This document shows, one piece after another, positions 22,230 to 26,425 of a stretch of DNA of 26,425 bases. Location of the stretch: IMG/VR virus record IMGVR_UViG_3300035396_000576, positions 1 to 26,425 of that record. One strand, given 5' to 3'. The notes beneath the pieces were generated by a model that did not search any database, was not told where the DNA came from, and worked only from the letters and a program-made list of their open reading frames with translations. Both the position numbers and the translations under genes were made by a program. Source of the stretch: a virus (lineage: Duplodnaviria; Caudoviricetes). Position 1 is the stretch's first letter. Each line of letters starts with the position of its first letter.

Positions 22230-23825
22230 TTAGAAATCTTTAGTAAAAAAGCTCTTTTTAGGTGAGTATTTATCTATAAGCTCTTGTGCTTTGCTTTTTG
22301 TTCTTTCTTCTCATGGTATATCATTTTTTGGTTTCGATTCAATAGATTTTGTGTTTTCTTTTTCTATTTTATCAAGATGATATTTGAATTTGAGAATTAT
22401 TGCGGTGAAAGAGTCGACACGATCATCATGCTCAACGTTTGGAAATTTTATTAGTTGGGTTATGAACTTTTGATCGATATCTGGTGAAAATTCAACGGCT
22501 CCGCCTTCGAGATAAGGTTGGCATTCTCTCAATCTACCTATTTTACTTTTCCTTCATGGATCATATAGATGTATTATCCAATTAGGGTGTTTTGTCAACA
22601 GATATTTTCTCAATGTCATTCAACCAGCCTTGTTTTCAATAATAAATTCTGGTTTATCATACTGGTCGTATAGTCGACTGAGTCTTTCATCTATTCTTGT
22701 CAAATCTTTTTGCCTTCATGTCAGCTCCTCCGAGTGTCTCATATTCCACTTTCATGACTCCCTTATTCTAGTACCTATTGTGATACCTATCGGATCTGAT
22801 TTGTCTTTCTCAGACTCTCAGGAGTCGATCGATATATATGTTTTGTCTCAGTATGGGATCTTGTGATACTCCCTATATCTGATCCATTGCTCTTCTATGA
22901 TAGGTACATCGTTTCTCATTGGGATAAGCATATAGTTTGCTCAGTACCAGTCACGTCCTTGCTCTTCTCTAATATCTTCTAGTGATTGGACATAGTTCTC
23001 TATACGATTCTTGTTTATCTTGTCAGCCTCAGCTCTTGTTTTGACGAACCTATCTGGTCGGTGGAGTGTTCAGTCCTCTTTCATAAATCTCGTGTATACC
23101 ACCCTTCGCTTTGGGTTGTCTTTCAGTTCCTCTGCTAGTCTAGGTAGTACTCAGTCCTCATTGATAGTGTTTCAGAGTACTATTTTTTGTCAGAGTGATC
23201 CACCAAAGATTGCACCTTTTATTTTGTTGTATGTCTTTGTGATTATTCTAGGGTTTTGTGTATTCTCGTCATCGTCTATATCATCCAAAACATCTAAATC
23301 TGGTCTCAGTGACTGGTCTCATAGATAGATATTGAGTCATCTTGTAGATTTCTTGACTGAGTTGGCTTTTACGACCACACCGTTAGTAGAAGTGAATCAT
23401 GAAGTCCTTTTTTGTTCTTTCTGTTTGAAGAGTGCATCCATCACCCTATCGTTGTAGTATAGTCTTCAATAATCATGCACAAAAATACTATCACTAGATC
23501 AGATTAGCATATTTGATATGGATGTGATATTATCCTCTGCTTTGTTCACATCATAGGAAGTCCACCTGATGAATTTGTTTCTCTTTGTCGCTATCCTTTT
23601 ACAGAGTCGCTTTCTCAGGATAGACGTTTTGGCACAACCTCTATATCAGAACCGTATCAGATTTCATCAGTTATCTATCCAATCTAGTATTTCTTGATAG
23701 TCAGTCGGTGTATCAAAAAAATCATAGAAGTAAAAATCATTCCAGAGAGTTGGATCGTCAGGAAAAATTATTGATCTCAAAATACTATCATCTTGTATCT
23801 CAGCAATAAGTTTTGGATCTATCAT
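22230..23825 (-). CDS. terL: Terminase large subunit (531 aa)
   Basis: Walker A GYRGCAKTS, STRG...RPDLDVLDDID (Walker B), coupling motif VLGNT, HWPDRF and nuclease motif FPNVEHDDRVDS. Confidence 0.93.
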
Positions 23826-24364
23826 TTCTTCTTTGATTTGTATTTCTCTAAAATAGCTTGTTGCTTTTCATCGAGTTTTTTCTCTTCAGGGACGGGAGTG
23901 AGATCTAGTATTGTTCTAGTTGGCTCTCATTTTTCTGTTTTTACTATTTCCCGAATATTTCTAAGCTCCTTTGATATCCTTGTGGCATTTTTATTTACTT
24001 TATATGTAGTATTCCCATCTTTATCCTTTGATATTATAGTCATGTCATTCAATACAATCTTTCAAATATCCATTGTTCTCCTGTGCATTTCGTTCAATTC
24101 TTTTATAGATGGTTTGTAGATTTTTTCAGCCACTTCCTTCTCTAATTTGAGTACCGCTCTCTGCATTGCTTTTTCTTGGAACTTCTTTTTCTTCTCAGCT
24201 CGTCCTCTAGTCTGAACTTTCATTGCACCAGAATATCCTAGTTGACCTTTCTTTCACGGTTTTACTACTCACTTCTTTCTTAGGAAAGACTCTGCATATA
24301 TTTCGTCATCTGTCAAGTATTCTAAAAATAGAGTCTCTCGATCATATTTTCATTTTTGTGGCAT
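23819..24364 (-). CDS. terS: Terminase small subunit, putative (181 aa)
   Basis: MPQKGKYDWETLFLEY...TRGWAEKKKKFQEK, helical, and overlaps the TerL start. Confidence 0.7.
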
Positions 24365-24397
24365 TTCTATAAGTTAAATTATAAGTTAAAATAGAAG

Positions 24398-24934
24398 TTA
24401 GCCTCTTACTTTGCATTCGTAACCTAATCATTCAATATCAGATTTTACAAGTTCAGCCTCTCACATATCACTACAAAATACCGTAACAGTTATCGGACTG
24501 GGTTTGTTTTCCTCCTCTTCTTCTTCCACTTCCTCATCCCATATTGATAGTGGGACTTCATATTCTGGAAGATCCATAGCCTGTATCTCACCCATAGTGA
24601 AGTTTTGTTTTATGATTTCTATGTCCCATCTTCAATACTCAGTATTATCCTTGAATGCTCTTTTGTTCATAAGCTCTTCGGATATATTATCTTCTATGTC
24701 TATCCACTCATCAGGTATTTCATCGTATCATAAAGCTATGAGTCCTTTGAGTCTCTGGTTTCATGCGTAGACAATCAGAATCTCTTTTTTTCATTGCTTG
24801 GTCCTATTCACGAGCATTTTTCTTTTCTCCAAAAACTTAGGATCCTCTTTTAGTGATCTTTTCAATTTCTCTAGATTTTCATCTGTTATAGATCTTGGGT
24901 TTTTATCCCAGAATGTTAGTAGGTTTGTTTTCAT
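24398..24934 (-). CDS. ParB/Srx N-terminal domain protein (178 aa)
   Basis: KNPRSIT..LEKLKRSL...YAGNQRLKGL..LG...KDNTEYGRWD matches ParB-like motifs commonly found upstream of phage terminases. Confidence 0.85.
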
Positions 24935-25118
24935 TCGATATTTCAAAAAAAATAAATCTGATTAAATCGTCTATAGATATTATTACTTTCTTTCCTTTGA
25001 ATTCCATCTCTATTATTTTTCTACGTTCCAAAAGTCTCTTGGCTGTTTTCCAATTGAGTTCATTTTGTATTGCGTAGGCTAATAGTGATTTGTAGTATTT
25101 TAATGTGTTTTTCTCCAT
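24903..25118 (-). CDS. Small basic hypothetical protein, possibly DNA-binding (71 aa)
   Basis: Intact ORF, basic, co-oriented, overlapping the ParB-like start. Confidence 0.5.
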   Translation of the reverse strand: MEKNTLKYYKSLLAYAIQNELNWKTAKRLLERRKIIEMEFKGKKVIISIDDLIRFIFFEISNENKPTNILG

Positions 25119-25181
25119 TTTTGGGATAGTTTGCGATGTAAGTTGTTATTTGTATAATCATATAGTTTTCTTTTGCAATAC

Positions 25182-25212
25182 AAAAAAACGACCCAAATGG
25201 CAGGGTCGCTTT
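25182..25212 (-). terminator. Rho-independent terminator
   Basis: Minus strand GCGACCC-TGCCATTT-GGGTCGT-TTTTTT after the Dps-like gene. Confidence 0.75.
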
Positions 25213-25231
25213 CTTGCTTTTATATTATACA

Positions 25232-25666
25232 CTACACACCTAATTCAGCGTTGTTATTAAATACGAACATACGCAATTCTTTTTTATAATCGATCAGCTC
25301 AGTGTTCAACACACTATCAAACGGTATCACTGCGGTCTCTCGTGTTCATAGGTACATCATAAGATAGTCCATAGCCTCTTTCATCATTTCTTTCTGTATG
25401 TCTACGTTCTTTTCGATCTCATTGTATGATACTATTTTGCTACTGATCTCTATCTCAGCGTATTGCACTGGTAGGGTGATTCATTGCACCTTTGCACTCT
25501 CCATCAAAAAATCTAGCTTTCAGTCTGCTCGAGTGTACACCTCACTTAGGAATGGATGGTAGTACATCGATCACTTACCTGCACAGTTTACGTGAAGGTT
25601 GTGAGTGTTGTCTCTTAATACAAACAGGGTAGAGAATAGTTGGATGTAGATGTCTTTGAATTCCAT
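25232..25666 (-). CDS. Dps/ferritin-like protein (144 aa)
   Basis: RDNTHNLHVNCAGKGSMYYHPFLSEVYTWADGKLDFLMES aligns by eye with the Dps pattern H-N-x-H-W-N-V-x-G...H..F.E.Y.......D...E. Confidence 0.7.
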
Positions 25667-25705
25667 CGGATTATTGTTTAGTATGTAAAGGTTTATATAT
25701 GTGTA

Positions 25706-26005
25706 TTATCTTTGTGAGTTCAAATTCAATAGATAATCGAAAGTAATCTGATTTCCTTCAGCGAGCATGGACTCTATTACGTGTTTGTTTCCTGAGGTTA
25801 ATCTATCTACTTCTCTGTGACACTCGATACTGCACACCATGATGATATTATTTGGATCGTACTTGTATTTCTTGTGCATACCGTGACCCAACACGTGAGC
25901 GAAGCAGAACGTCTTTGATTCATATATGAAGGTTCCACACACTTCGCATTGGTGATATCTTGACGTCCATACTTTCCAGAATAGTTCTTTCAGACTATTT
26001 ATCAT
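25706..26005 (-). CDS. HNH/NinG-like zinc-binding nuclease (99 aa)
   Basis: CEVCG...FAHVLGHG...KYDPNNIIMVCSIECH. ATG at 26005 is preferred over the TTG at 26017. Confidence 0.7.
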   Translation of the reverse strand: MINSLKELFWKVWTSRYHQCEVCGTFIYESKTFCFAHVLGHGMHKKYKYDPNNIIMVCSIECHREVDRLTSGNKHVIESMLAEGNQITFDYLLNLNSQR

Positions 26006-26288
26006 CCTTCTTTTCAAGTTTATATTTTTGAATCATTGTTGCAAGATATTCTTTGAGATTCATTGGCTGTGCGTTCAATGTAGGATTCTTTAGATCTCGA
26101 TGTTTTAGTACAAACACTACAGATTCAAAAAATTCTTTTGTTCATTTCCCTTTGATCTCTTCTATGGAGTGGAAAACATCAGACATCAATACATCGAATA
26201 TCCTTGTTTTGTTCAACATCTTTTGCACTCTGCACATATTCACTAGAAGGAATTTGTTCAGTTCTTTTTCAGTAGATTTTTTAGTCAT
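25995..26288 (-). CDS. Hypothetical protein (97 aa)
   Basis: ATG 26288 to TAG 25995 with one TGA read-through, overlapping the next start. Confidence 0.6.
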
Positions 26289-26313
26289 AGTAATATATTT
26301 AGTCAAGTAAAAT

Positions 26314-26425
26314 CTAGTCTTTAAATTTTCGCTTATATCATAGTATATATTTTTGTTTTCATCTACATACTGCTGATATACAAGTAGAACTACATCATAA
26401 TTCTCTTTCTATGTCTCTTTGGCTA
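26314..26425 (-). CDS. C-terminal NUMOD1 domain of a probable homing endonuclease (partial)
   Basis: SQRDIERELGCSSTCISAVCRGKQKYILGYKWKFKD*. All three Gly are TGA and the W is CGA. Confidence 0.8.

Larger units (their letters stand above)
1..26425 (-). mobile_element. Tailed phage or prophage late region (siphovirus-like, Mu-like head module) with a recoded genetic code
   Basis: Complete packaging-head-neck-tail-lysis gene order on one strand. No sheath gene is seen, and no integrase or att site lies in the window. Confidence 0.93.

Noticed and set aside
1-26425. Degraded prophage full of nonsense mutations (pseudogenes)
   Set aside because: The interruptions are exclusively TGA, fall on Gly positions, and frames stay intact for up to 2.7 kb. 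That pattern is recoding, not decay.
1-26425. TGA=Trp (table 4) or selenocysteine
   Set aside because: Motif contexts such as HEIGH, CDCG, AGNQR and tandem TGA-TGA in Gly-Gly turns require Gly.

Overview
This window is the late (virion morphogenesis and lysis) region of a tailed dsDNA phage or prophage. It is encoded entirely on the minus strand and uses a doubly reassigned genetic code. The standard-code ORF track is fragmented and misleading. Reading TGA as Gly gives about 30 tightly packed genes that all end in TAA or TAG. CGA and CGG also fall repeatedly on conserved Trp positions. TGA=Gly together with CGA/CGG=Trp is the code described for Absconditabacterales (SR1, Patescibacteria/CPR), so that is the inferred host. 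Gene order, high to low coordinates: NUMOD1 endonuclease end, hypothetical, HNH/NinG-like protein, Dps/ferritin-like protein, small hypothetical, ParB-like protein, TerS, TerL, an 850-aa portal fused to a MuF head-morphogenesis domain, Mu-I-like protease/scaffold, cement protein, major capsid, head-tail and neck genes, tail tube, tail chaperone with a -1 frameshift, tape measure, tail tip and fibre genes with two inserted HNH endonucleases, a holin-like protein, a papain-like peptidase (candidate lysin), and a membrane/lipoprotein HEXXH metallopeptidase. All translations were done by hand. Family assignments come from motif recognition and synteny, not database searches.
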